DNA of 64,000 nucleotides from a bacterium (GTDB taxonomy: Bacteria > Krumholzibacteriota > Krumholzibacteriia > G020349025). The position numbers and the translations under genes are program-made. The stretch covers positions 1 through 64,000 of the forward strand of contig JANLSU010000126.1 of the NCBI GenBank assembly GCA_031362565.1, given 5' to 3'. The notes beneath the pieces were generated by a model. The model saw only the letters and a program-made list of their open reading frames with translations. It ran no database searches and was not told the origin of the DNA. Positions 55,402 to 64,000 of the stretch are shown piece by piece; the first letter of the stretch is position 1, and each line of letters opens with the position of its first letter.

Positions 55402-56358
55402 TCAGTCGTGCGGTTGTTGCGTCTGCGGGGCCGGGAATCGGAACGTGACACGCACCGTGCCGCCCACCGGCACTCCGCTCTGGCGCTGGGCGCGATACGT
55501 CGAGCGGCGCGCCGCATCCTGGGCTGCTTGGTCGAAGACCGGATCCGTCGACGACAGGGTTTCCAACGTCGTGACCTCGTCGCTGCGGCCGACGGTGACG
55601 AGGATCGTGACTTCGCCGGCTTTCGTCGCACCCTCGGGATACTCCGGAGTGATTTGGTTGACGACCTCGGCACCCTCCAGATCGGAGGTTTCGTCGTTGG
55701 CTGGCCGCGGCCTGGACGGCGGGATCGGGCGCTGCTCGCGCGCCAGCCGGTTCTGTTCGTCGGTGCCGAGCCCGGCGCCGAGCTCGGGAATCGAACGCCG
55801 CTCGCGCGTCTGCTTCGAGACGACCTGAAAGAGCGCCGCGCGGCCGTTCCAATCGCGCACCGTACTCCACGCTCCTTCGGGCAGTGTTTCGACTTCCGTA
55901 CGGAGGTCGGGTTGCAGATCCTCGACCGCGTAGTCACGCGTCCGGTCATCGATGTCGATCGAGCCGATCGCCTTGCGCGCGTCTTCCAACGGCGCACCAG
56001 CGCGCAGCAGGCGCGCCAACCGCTCCGCCGCCCGCCGCTGGCCGACCAGCAGCTGCCGGCACCGCACCACCAGGACCTTTTCACGCCCGACACTTCCACC
56101 CACCTCCGAATCGTCAGCGGGTGGCGCAGGACGCAGCGGCGCCGCAGTGTGAGCCGCCACGGTGTCGGGATTCGCCGCCACCGGCACCGGCTGCCCAACG
56201 AGCAGCGGCTCTGCCGTCTCGGACTCGTATTCGAGTGTCCAGGGTTCGAGCAAGTCCCGGCTCTCAGCGGGTGTGAGCCGCACTTCGATGTCACCGGCAG
56301 CGCGAGCCGCGGCGGCAACAAACAACGTGACGAGGACAACAACAGCCGGGTGACGCAC
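55402..56358 (-). CDS. TonB C-terminal domain protein with degenerate parvulin-like middle domain
   Basis: N-terminal hydrophobic signal/anchor. Middle LQPDLRTEVETLPEGAWS...LFQV resembles the PpiC C-terminal half. C-terminal PEYPEGA..AGEV...FDQAA.DA...Y.....GVPV.....V.FRF is TonB_C. Confidence 0.7.
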   Translation of the reverse strand: MRHPAVVVLVTLFVAAAARAAGDIEVRLTPAESRDLLEPWTLEYESETAEPLLVGQPVPVAANPDTVAAHTAAPLRPAPPADDSEVGGSVGREKVLVVRCRQLLVGQRRAAERLARLLRAGAPLEDARKAIGSIDIDDRTRDYAVEDLQPDLRTEVETLPEGAWSTVRDWNGRAALFQVVSKQTRERRSIPELGAGLGTDEQNRLAREQRPIPPSRPRPANDETSDLEGAEVVNQITPEYPEGATKAGEVTILVTVGRSDEVTTLETLSSTDPVFDQAAQDAARRSTYRAQRQSGVPVGGTVRVTFRFPAPQTQQPHD

Positions 56359-56386
56359 GGAGCTTCCCACCTTTTTCCGCCTTTGC

Positions 56387-57493
56387 TTACTCGGGCGGCA
56401 GGGCCAGCATGCGTTCGAGCGCCAGGCGCGCCGACGCGGCGACGGTGGGCGGTACGTGAACCGGAAAACGCAGTTCACCGTGCGGCAAGCCTTCCAACGT
56501 GCGCATGAGATCGATCGGATCGATGCGGTACATGGTCGCGCACTGACAGGCGAACGGTGACAACGTGTGAATGGACTGCTCCGGATGCGCCGCCGCCAGC
56601 CGGCTCACCAGATTGTGTTCCGTGCCGATCGCCCAGGAAGATCCCGCCGGCGCTTTGTCGACGGTGCGAATGATGAAGTCGGTCGACCCGACAAGATCCG
56701 CCTTCTCGACGACCTCGAAACTACATTCCGGATGCACGAGGATCTTGACGTTCGGATCCCGCTTGCGGGCCAAGTCGATGTGCGCCGGCTGGAAGTTGGC
56801 GTGCACACTGCAGTGCCCCTTCCACAACAGCACGCGCGCTTGCCGCACGGCGTCCGGCGTATTGCCGCCGAGAGCGCGGTGCGGATCCCAAAGGATCATC
56901 GCCTCGCGCGGGATTCCCAGCCGGAAAAACGCCGTGTTGCGCCCCAGGTGCTGGTCGGGAACGAAGAGCACCTTTTCGCCGCGGTCGAACGCCCAACGCA
57001 CCGCGCGCTCGGCATTCGACGAAGTGCACACCAGCCCGCCGTGATCGCCGGTGAACGCCTTGATGGCGGCCGTCGAATTCATGTAGGTGATGGGGACCAA
57101 GGTGGAACTCGTCACGCTCGTATATTCGTCCCAGCACGTCTCGACTTGGTCGATATCGGCCATGTCGGCCATCGAACAGCCGGCTTTCATGTCGGGCAAG
57201 AGCACGGTGACTTCGGGACCGGTGAGAATATCGGCCGTTTCCGCCATGAAGTGCACGCCGCAAAACACCACCCAGCGGGCCTCGCCGCTCTCGGCCGCGT
57301 AGCGCGACAAGCCGAACGAATCGCCGATTTTGTCGGCGAAGCGGATGACGGGATCGCGCTGGTAGTGGTGTCCGAGAATGACGAGTTGCGAGCCGAGCAC
57401 GGCCTTCGCGGCAGCGGTACGCGCCGCGATCTCATCCTCCGGCAACGCCGTCACGTTGGCGTGCGGTTCCCAGCTCAAACTGACGTTCGGCAC
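56387..57493 (-). CDS. nadA: Quinolinate synthase
   Basis: ILGHHYQ, FCGVHFMAETA, AGCSMADMA, YMNS, GHCSVH, VHPEC, IGTE, C.CATM. AAGGAG RBS before GTG 57493. Confidence 0.95.
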   Translation of the reverse strand: MPNVSLSWEPHANVTALPEDEIAARTAAAKAVLGSQLVILGHHYQRDPVIRFADKIGDSFGLSRYAAESGEARWVVFCGVHFMAETADILTGPEVTVLLPDMKAGCSMADMADIDQVETCWDEYTSVTSSTLVPITYMNSTAAIKAFTGDHGGLVCTSSNAERAVRWAFDRGEKVLFVPDQHLGRNTAFFRLGIPREAMILWDPHRALGGNTPDAVRQARVLLWKGHCSVHANFQPAHIDLARKRDPNVKILVHPECSFEVVEKADLVGSTDFIIRTVDKAPAGSSWAIGTEHNLVSRLAAAHPEQSIHTLSPFACQCATMYRIDPIDLMRTLEGLPHGELRFPVHVPPTVAASARLALERMLALPPE

Positions 57494-57504
57494 CGGCAAC
57501 TCCT

Positions 57505-57825
57505 TCAGACGCTGAACGACTCGCCGCAACTGCACGTCTTGGTGGCGTGCGGGTTGTTCCATTCGAAGCCCGAATTGATGCCCTCACGGAAATCGAGCGT
57601 GATGTCCTTCAGCAGCTCCAGGCTGCGCGCATCGACAATGACCGGCAGGCCGTGGAATTCGTAGCGCGTGTCGCCGTCACGCGGCGCCGCCTCGAACTGC
57701 ATCTGATACGAGAAGCCCGAGCAACCGCCGCCTTTGACGCCGACCCGCAGCAGGTCGGCGGCGCGGCCTTCCTTGCCCATGATCTGCCGGACCATGCGAA
57801 CCGCGCTCTCCGTAACCGTGATCAT
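57505..57825 (-). CDS. iscA: A-type Fe-S carrier (HesB/IscA family)
   Basis: LRVGVKGGGCSGFSY and NPHA..TCSCGESF. ATGA overlap with iscS. Confidence 0.92.
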   Translation of the reverse strand: MITVTESAVRMVRQIMGKEGRAADLLRVGVKGGGCSGFSYQMQFEAAPRDGDTRYEFHGLPVIVDARSLELLKDITLDFREGINSGFEWNNPHATKTCSCGESFSV

Positions 57826-58994
57826 TTGTCCTCCCGCGACGCGTACAGCGGCGACTCGCAGCGCAAGCGCTCGACCGACTGCACGACCTTCTGAATAGCG
57901 TAGTCGACTTCAGCTTCGGTGGTGAACCGGCCGAGGCCGAAGCGCAGCGAGCTGCGCGCCAAGTCGTCCGGAACACCGATGGCCCGGGCCACGTGTGACG
58001 GCTCGGCGTTGGCCGAGTCACAGGCGGCGCCCGGCGACACCGCGACGTCGTTCATCATCATGAGCAGCGATTCGCCCTGCACGCCCGCAAAACTGACGTT
58101 CAAGTTGTGCGGCAGGCGCTCGCGCATCGACCCGTTGACGGTGACATCGGGCAACGCGGTGCGAATACCGCTCCAAAGCTTGTCCCGCAAGGCGCGCAGA
58201 CGCGGCTCTTCCACCGCCATTTCCGCCAGAGCGATCGCGCACGCTGCCCCAAGGCCGACGATTCCCGGCACATTCAACGTCCCCGAACGCAAGCCGCGCT
58301 CCTGGCCGCCGCCCTGCGTCTGCGGCTCGATCCGCACCCGCCGGCGCAGGTACAGCGCGCCCACACCCTTGGGGCCGTACAACTTGTGTGCCGAGAACGA
58401 CAGCATGTCGATGCCGAGCGCATCGACCGCGAGCGGAATCTTGCCTACCGCTTGCGCCGCGTCGGTGTGGAAAAGCACGCCGCCGGCCCGGCACAGTGCG
58501 CCGATGGCCGCGAGCGGCTGCAGCGTACCGATTTCGTTGTTCGCCGCCATGACGCTGACGAGAATCGTCGCCGGTTCCATTGCCGCGGCGATGGCCTCGG
58601 CATCGACGATGCCGTCCGGCCCCACGGGCACGACGGTCAGCCGAAACCCTTCGCCCGCCAGCTGGCGGCACGTGTCGAGCACCGCTTTGTGCTCGATGGC
58701 GGTAGTGACCAAGTGATCGCCGCGGCCTCGCAGCATGGCCGCCGCTCCACGCAGTGCCAGCGCATTCGATTCGGTCGCGCCGCTCGTGAAGACGATCTCG
58801 CGCGGCGTGGCACCCAAGAGCGCCGCCACCTGTTCGCGCGCCCGGTCCACCGCCGCCTCCGCCGCCCACCCGAACGAATGGGTGCGGCTCGCCGCATTAC
58901 CGAAGTCGGCATTGAAATACGGCAGCATCGCGTCCAAGACGCGCCCATCCACCGGCGTCGTGGCGTGGCAGTCCATGTAGATCGGCAGTTTCAT
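57822..58994 (-). CDS. iscS: Cysteine desulfurase (IscS/NifS group I)
   Basis: IYMDCHATTP, FTSGATESN, EHKAV, NNEIG, HTDAAQ, SAHKLYGPKG, RSGTLN, catalytic GAAC.S. Confidence 0.92.
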   Translation of the reverse strand: MKLPIYMDCHATTPVDGRVLDAMLPYFNADFGNAASRTHSFGWAAEAAVDRAREQVAALLGATPREIVFTSGATESNALALRGAAAMLRGRGDHLVTTAIEHKAVLDTCRQLAGEGFRLTVVPVGPDGIVDAEAIAAAMEPATILVSVMAANNEIGTLQPLAAIGALCRAGGVLFHTDAAQAVGKIPLAVDALGIDMLSFSAHKLYGPKGVGALYLRRRVRIEPQTQGGGQERGLRSGTLNVPGIVGLGAACAIALAEMAVEEPRLRALRDKLWSGIRTALPDVTVNGSMRERLPHNLNVSFAGVQGESLLMMMNDVAVSPGAACDSANAEPSHVARAIGVPDDLARSSLRFGLGRFTTEAEVDYAIQKVVQSVERLRCESPLYASREDK

Positions 58995-59054
58995 CCTGGG
59001 CTCCCGTCGGCCACCTCTAATATACCTCGCCCGGGCCCGGTCCGGGGGAGGCCG

Positions 59055-60767
59055 TCAGGGCTTGGGCCGGGAGGCAGAGACCGTTTGGCCGCCGACGACC
59101 GTCAGAAGGACGCGCGTCGCAAGGATCTCCGCGGCTGGAACGTGCAGGACATCGCGATCCAGAACGACGAAATCCGCCCGCTTGCCGGTTTCTAGGGTTC
59201 CCAGGTCGTGCTCCGTGAAGGACGCCACCGCGGCCCATGACGTGAAGGCGCGCAACGCTTCCGAACGCGTCAGGCATTGATCGGCCGCCCAGCCTTGGGG
59301 CGGAAAGCCGTGGCGATCCTGACGGGTGATTGCCGCATAGACGCCCAAGAGCGGTTCGATGGATTCCACCGGCGCGTCCGAGCCGCCCGGCAGAATGACG
59401 CCGGTCTGACGCAGAGATCGCCAGGCGTACGCCCCGGCAATCCGCGCCGGCCCGAGCCGGTCCGGTGCCCACGGCATGTCGGATGTGCAGTGCGTCGGTT
59501 GCATCGAGGGCAGTACGCCGAGCGCCGCAACGCGCCGAATGTCTTCCGGCGCCAGGACCTGTGCGTGCTCGATGCGATGCCGGGCGTTCGGGCGCGGGGT
59601 TTCCTTGGCGAGTTGCTGGTACGCGTCCAGTACGAGACGGTTCGCCGCATCACCGATGCAATGCGTCGCGAGCTGAAATCCGGCCGCATGCAACGGCCGG
59701 GCGCGCTCCAGAAAGGTCTCGAGGGTGTACTGCGGCAGGCCGCTCTCGCCGGGCGCATCCGCGTACGGCGCCAAGAGCGCCGCGCCGCGCGAGCCCAAAG
59801 CACCATCGACCGCCAATTTCACGGTGCAGAGCGCGAAATGCATCGTCGGATCGAAGCCTTCGGGCCCGGCGCGCACCGCCCGTTGGACGACGTCATGATC
59901 GTCGGTGTCGGGGGTCGCATCCCACATCGCATAGAGGCGCAACGGCAAGTCGCCGGTCGCGAGCATCGCGCGCACGACATCGATGTCGGCTGCCGCCATG
60001 CCCGCATCGTGCACGCCCGTCAGGCCGGCATGCACGCAGTGTTGAAAAGCGCGTTCGAGCCGCAAGCGCCGTTCGGCGGGTGTCGAGGGCGGAATGTGCG
60101 CCGTGACGAGTTCCGTCGCGGCGTCGACGAGAACGCCGGTCGGCGTGCCATCCTTGCGCCGGAGGATGCGCCCACCACTCGGATCCGCGACGTCGCTGCC
60201 GATCCCACCCTGCGTGAGTGCCATGGCGTTGGCGATTGCGGCATGGCCATCGACACGCCGCAAGTACACGGGATGGTCGCCGATCGCCGCCGAGAGTGCT
60301 GCGTGGTCCGGGAATTCACGCTCCGGCCAGTCGTTCTGATCCCAACCGCGGCCGGTGATCCACGCCCCTGGCGCCGCCATTTTTGCCGCCGAATCGACCC
60401 GCGCCACGACGGCGTCCCAACTCGTCGTGCCGACCAGGTTCACGTCGATGAGCGAGCGCCCGAGATTCGCCAAGTGCACATGGCAATCCACGAAGCCCGG
60501 CAGAACGGTGTCGCCCTGCAGTTGGATCATCCGGGTTCCAGCGCCCACGAGCCGCTGCACGTCCGGCGCCGTGCCGGCGAAGACAATGCGGCCGTCGCGC
60601 ACCGCGAACGCTTCCACCGTGGGCTCGGCGTCGACCGTGGCCGGAGGTTCTCCCGCCAGGGTGTAGATCCTGCCGCCCTGCACCACGAGATCCGCCGGCG
60701 GCGGCGGGTTGCAGCCGGCAACGATCAGGACTCCACATCCGGCCATGAATGCCGGGGTGAATCTCAT
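59055..60767 (-). CDS. Amidohydrolase family 3 (YtcJ-like) lipoprotein
   Basis: LIVAGC lipobox, PGFVDCHVH, DGALGSRGA, HCIGD, RIEHAQ, GSDAPVE, G.LE.GKRADFVVLD. GGAGG RBS. Confidence 0.9.
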   Translation of the reverse strand: MRFTPAFMAGCGVLIVAGCNPPPPADLVVQGGRIYTLAGEPPATVDAEPTVEAFAVRDGRIVFAGTAPDVQRLVGAGTRMIQLQGDTVLPGFVDCHVHLANLGRSLIDVNLVGTTSWDAVVARVDSAAKMAAPGAWITGRGWDQNDWPEREFPDHAALSAAIGDHPVYLRRVDGHAAIANAMALTQGGIGSDVADPSGGRILRRKDGTPTGVLVDAATELVTAHIPPSTPAERRLRLERAFQHCVHAGLTGVHDAGMAAADIDVVRAMLATGDLPLRLYAMWDATPDTDDHDVVQRAVRAGPEGFDPTMHFALCTVKLAVDGALGSRGAALLAPYADAPGESGLPQYTLETFLERARPLHAAGFQLATHCIGDAANRLVLDAYQQLAKETPRPNARHRIEHAQVLAPEDIRRVAALGVLPSMQPTHCTSDMPWAPDRLGPARIAGAYAWRSLRQTGVILPGGSDAPVESIEPLLGVYAAITRQDRHGFPPQGWAADQCLTRSEALRAFTSWAAVASFTEHDLGTLETGKRADFVVLDRDVLHVPAAEILATRVLLTVVGGQTVSASRPKP

Positions 60768-60855
60768 CGCCATCCTCCGTGCCGAGGTTCCGGCGGCAGA
60801 ATACGCGCCGCACCCCGGCGATACAACCACGCCGGCGCCTGCTAGACTCGGCCGC

Positions 60856-62040
60856 ATGCCGCGTGTCGCCCGTCCGGAAGATGCAATTCCACTCTTGCGC
60901 CGCCGCACTCTCGCCTGGTACCGGCGCGAGCGCCGCGATCTGCCCTGGCGCCACCGGTGTGACGCTTATGCCATCTGGGTTTCCGAGATCATGCTGCAGC
61001 AAACCCGTGTCGATGTCGTCATTCCCTACTTCGAGCGCTTCATGCACCACTTCCCCACCGTGCAAGCGCTGGCGCAGGCGCCGCTCGCGGCGGTGCTGCA
61101 AGCCTGGTCCGGCTTGGGTTACTACTCGCGCGCCCGCAACCTGCACACTGCCGCGGCCAGCGTCGTGCGTGACCACGCCGGCATCGTGCCGTCGGACCCG
61201 GCGGCACTCGAAGCGCTCCCCGGAGTCGGCCGTTACACGGCGGGCGCGATTCGCAGTATCGCCTTCGCTGCCAAAGCGCCAATTCTGGACGGCAACGTGG
61301 CGCGTGTCTTCGCACGCCTCTTCGCGGTCGAGACCGCCGTGCAAGCGCCTGCAACCCAGCGCACGATGTGGCGCTGGGCGACGGCGTGGGCGCAGTCGGC
61401 CCACCCCGGCGACGCCAATCAAGCCCTGATGGAATTGGGGGCTCTCGTCTGCACGAAACCGTCACCGGCATGTGAACGCTGTCCGGTGGCGTTGTCGTGC
61501 GTCGCCCGCGCCGCCGGGCGTGAACGAGCCTTACCCTTGCCGCGCCCGCGCCCCGAACCGCAGCGCGTCGCGCTCGATGCGCTCTTGGCATACGACCAAG
61601 AACGGGTCCTTGTCGTGCGGCGTTCGCACGGCCGGTTGTTGCGCGACTGGTGGGAATTGCCGACAGCCCATGGCAGCGATCGCGCCGGCGCGCGGCCGAC
61701 GCTCATCGCCACCGTCGAACAGCGCTTCGCTTGCACGTGCGCGGCGCCGCGGCGCACGGCGCGCGTGCGGCACGGCATTCTGCAGCACGACTTGCACGTC
61801 ACCGCGTGGTCGGCGGCCGTGTCGCGACGGCGCCGCACCCGAACCTCGGCCGCGCCGGCGGCCAACACGCCCCGCGCCGGCACCGCGCTTGCGACACTCG
61901 AATTAGAAGGACTCGAAGCGCGATGGGTCACTGCCGAAGAATGCCGCGCCCTGCCGCTTGCAACCCTGGCGCGCAAGTTACTGCGGGCTGCGGCCCTGCA
62001 CGACGCGCGCTGGGCCGCCTACGTCCCAACCGCACCCTGA
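60856..62040 (+). CDS. mutY: A/G-specific adenine glycosylase
   Basis: RDLPWR, WVSEIMLQQT, W.GLGYYSRARNL, LPGVGRYTA, DGNVARV, Fe-S motif C-X6-C-X2-C-X5-C. Confidence 0.93.
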   Translation: MPRVARPEDAIPLLRRRTLAWYRRERRDLPWRHRCDAYAIWVSEIMLQQTRVDVVIPYFERFMHHFPTVQALAQAPLAAVLQAWSGLGYYSRARNLHTAAASVVRDHAGIVPSDPAALEALPGVGRYTAGAIRSIAFAAKAPILDGNVARVFARLFAVETAVQAPATQRTMWRWATAWAQSAHPGDANQALMELGALVCTKPSPACERCPVALSCVARAAGRERALPLPRPRPEPQRVALDALLAYDQERVLVVRRSHGRLLRDWWELPTAHGSDRAGARPTLIATVEQRFACTCAAPRRTARVRHGILQHDLHVTAWSAAVSRRRRTRTSAAPAANTPRAGTALATLELEGLEARWVTAEECRALPLATLARKLLRAAALHDARWAAYVPTAP

Positions 62041-62043
62041 CGT

Positions 62044-62880
62044 TCAGCGCAGCGCCGACTCGAGCGCCGTGCGGGCGTCGGTGTTGGCGTCCCGATACTT
62101 GACGATGAGCGGTGTCGCGAGCGCCAGTCCATGGGTCTCGGCAAAGGCGCCGCGCAACGGCCGCGTTCCGGGCACGACGACGGCACCCTCGGGAATCTCG
62201 AGCCCACCGCCCGGCGGCGCACGCAAGATTTGTTCGTTGACGACGTCATACACCGGCGTCGATGCCGTGAGAACGACTCCTGCACCCAACACGGCGCGGC
62301 GCCGCACGAGCGTTCCCTCGTAGACGCCACAGTTGCCGCCCACCAGGACATCATCTTCGATGATGACCGGCCGGGCACCCGGCGGTTCGAGAACGCCGCC
62401 GATCTGCGCTGCCGCCGACAAATGCACCCGCGCGCCGATCTGGGCGCACGAACCGACGAGCGCATGCGAATCGATCATCGAACCCGCACCGATCGACGCC
62501 CCCACATTGATAAAGGCCGGCGGCATGATGATGACGCCGGCAGCGACGTGAGCGCCGCGCCGTACCGCCGTCCCACCCGGTACGACCCGGACGCCGTCCT
62601 CGAGACGTAAGGCGCGCGGCGGCAAGTTGTGTTTGTCGAAGAAACGGAGCGGCCCCGCGGCGGGCAACTCGACCACGCGCCCGGTGCGAAACCCGACCAG
62701 GATCCCTTCTTTGACCCACAGGTTCACGCGCCACTGTCCGTCCGCACCGCACTCCGCAGCCCGCACCGCACCGGACTCGAGCTGCTCGAGAAGAGTTTGA
62801 AAGGCGGCTTCGACTTCCGGATCGGCCGCCGGCCGGGCGCCGGAATAGGCGGCCTGCAGTACGGTTTGCGCCGCGTTCAC
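62044..62880 (-). CDS. dapD: Tetrahydrodipicolinate N-succinyltransferase
   Basis: W.VN.WVK.GIL..FR, FFDK, RVVPGG..VRRGA, VGSCAQIG..VHLS....IGGVLEP. GTGA overlap with the upstream gene. Confidence 0.93.
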   Translation of the reverse strand: MNAAQTVLQAAYSGARPAADPEVEAAFQTLLEQLESGAVRAAECGADGQWRVNLWVKEGILVGFRTGRVVELPAAGPLRFFDKHNLPPRALRLEDGVRVVPGGTAVRRGAHVAAGVIIMPPAFINVGASIGAGSMIDSHALVGSCAQIGARVHLSAAAQIGGVLEPPGARPVIIEDDVLVGGNCGVYEGTLVRRRAVLGAGVVLTASTPVYDVVNEQILRAPPGGGLEIPEGAVVVPGTRPLRGAFAETHGLALATPLIVKYRDANTDARTALESALR

Positions 62881-63893
62881 CGCGATTCCTTTCGCAAGTA
62901 GAGCGCGGTGCGCACGTAGAGGTCGACCGCCGACAGCACTTCCGCCTTGCCGATGCGCTCTTCGGCACCATGGGCATCGAGAATCGAACCCGGCCCGACG
63001 AGGAGCCGCGCCCCGAAACGCCCGAGATGCGGCACGTCGGTGTTGAAGGCGACAACCGTCGTCGGTTCGCCGGGCACCGTCGCCAAGCGTTGCGGATCGT
63101 TCGAGGTCTCCTCGTGCCATTCGACCGGCAAGGTCGAATCGGCAAGGATGCGCCGGACGCGTTCACGCACCGCATCGGCCGTGTCGACGACGCGCACGAA
63201 GATCTCGGCCTCGGCGCGGGCGGGCACGATGTTCGCCCGCAGGCCGCCCTGCACGACGCCGATGTTCGCGGTACCGGCTCCGAGTTCCGGATCGTGCCCC
63301 CAGTCCGCGTCGCGCACCACGTTCAAGATACGCAACAGTTCCAAGACCGCCGACTGGCCGAGTTCCGGATACCCCGAATGCGCCGCCCGGCCCGTGACAC
63401 GAACCGTCCACTTGAAGCCGCCTTTTTGCGCCACTGCAAAGGCCGACTCGGTGGGCTCGCCGACAACGGTGTAGCGCACGCTCGGTAAATCGATGTCCGC
63501 ATTGGCGCGTTTGGCGCCCAGACTATCGGTTTCCTCGCCCACCACCAGCAGCAGGCCGACGTCACGTACCTTGGACTCGACAAGGCGTTCGGCTGCAGCC
63601 AGCATCGCGGCCAGAATCCCTTTCGTGTCACAGGCCCCGCGCCCATAGATGTAGTCGCCCTGATCGCGCGCCGGAAAGTGCGGCGGCACGGTGTCGAGGT
63701 GCGTGCACAGGAGCACCCGCGGCGGGTCGAGTGTTGCCAATACGTTGGGACGGCCGGGCGCGGCCGGAAGCAGTTGCACGTTGAAACCGATTTCGCGCAA
63801 ACATGCGGCACTTGCCTCCGCCATCGCGAGTTCGTCGCCGGTGACGGACGGGATGTCGATGAAGCGGCGCGTCAGCGCCAAGGGGTCGAGCAC
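62877..63893 (-). CDS. M20 family metallo-deacylase (ArgE/DapE family)
   Basis: THLDTVPP, GRGACDTKG, GEE, GEPT, G.AAHS, GPGSILDAH..EE. Coupled to dapD. Confidence 0.88.
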   Translation of the reverse strand: MLDPLALTRRFIDIPSVTGDELAMAEASAACLREIGFNVQLLPAAPGRPNVLATLDPPRVLLCTHLDTVPPHFPARDQGDYIYGRGACDTKGILAAMLAAAERLVESKVRDVGLLLVVGEETDSLGAKRANADIDLPSVRYTVVGEPTESAFAVAQKGGFKWTVRVTGRAAHSGYPELGQSAVLELLRILNVVRDADWGHDPELGAGTANIGVVQGGLRANIVPARAEAEIFVRVVDTADAVRERVRRILADSTLPVEWHEETSNDPQRLATVPGEPTTVVAFNTDVPHLGRFGARLLVGPGSILDAHGAEERIGKAEVLSAVDLYVRTALYLRKESR

Positions 63894-63926
63894 GAACGGC
63901 CTCCGCGGCTTGCGTGATCTGGCGCA

Positions 63927-63956
63927 ACCCTAGTCGTTCGACGGCGCGCCGGGCAA
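63927..63956 (-). promoter_or_regulatory. Candidate sigma70 promoter of M20-dapD
   Basis: TTGCCC-N18-TAGGGT on the minus strand. Confidence 0.35.
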
Positions 63957-64000
63957 GCGCGCACCGGCGCAGGGCGGCGAATGGCCGCGCACGGTGCCGA

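Noticed and set aside
57494..57562. N-terminal extension of nadA overlapping iscA
   Set aside because: AAGGAG RBS supports GTG 57493, which removes the overlap.
1..64000. tRNA, rRNA, CRISPR arrays, integrases, transposases
   Set aside because: None recognised by eye. Intergenic regions are short and lack cloverleaf or repeat-spacer patterns.

Overview
High-GC (roughly two-thirds G+C by eye) bacterial chromosomal segment with about 50 genes. I saw no rRNA, tRNA, CRISPR array or recognisable transposase/integrase. Secreted proteins ending in FlgD-Ig/T9SS-like domains or a SW-x-x-IK-x-LY tail suggest an FCB-group candidate lineage such as Krumholzibacteriota, Latescibacterota or Eisenbacteria (inference only). 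Housekeeping genes: gcdH, lat, dapF, dapD with an M20 deacylase, fbp, sahR-ahcY, trxA, iscS-iscA-nadA, mutY, RlmI-like and RluA-family RNA modifiers, thpR, a DHH phosphoesterase, PIN-PhoH, PTS IIA and a GldA/F/G-like ABC operon. Envelope/glycan genes: an ATP-grasp/methyltransferase/GT2-TPR operon, an ArnT-like GT, a carbamoyltransferase, a deacetylase, GT2/GT4, and a Wzz-like protein with a BY-kinase. Most notable: (1) an archaeal-type topoisomerase VI operon whose B subunit has a ~165-aa basic extension and two beta-clamp-like motifs; (2) an unannotated 23-aa leader ORF containing RKPPP, followed by hairpins, upstream of lysine 6-aminotransferase, a candidate ribosome-arrest attenuator; (3) sigma54 -24/-12 promoters before a glycan-modification operon and a secreted protein with a candidate C-terminal sorting motif, loosely paralleling PEP-CTERM systems; (4) an 802-aa HNH protein with a duplicated DUF222-like module and its own AT-rich promoter; (5) an MrfA-MrfB-like helicase-exonuclease fusion; (6) apparently leaderless transcripts for nucleic-acid repair enzymes. 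All calls were made by eye; no database searches were run.
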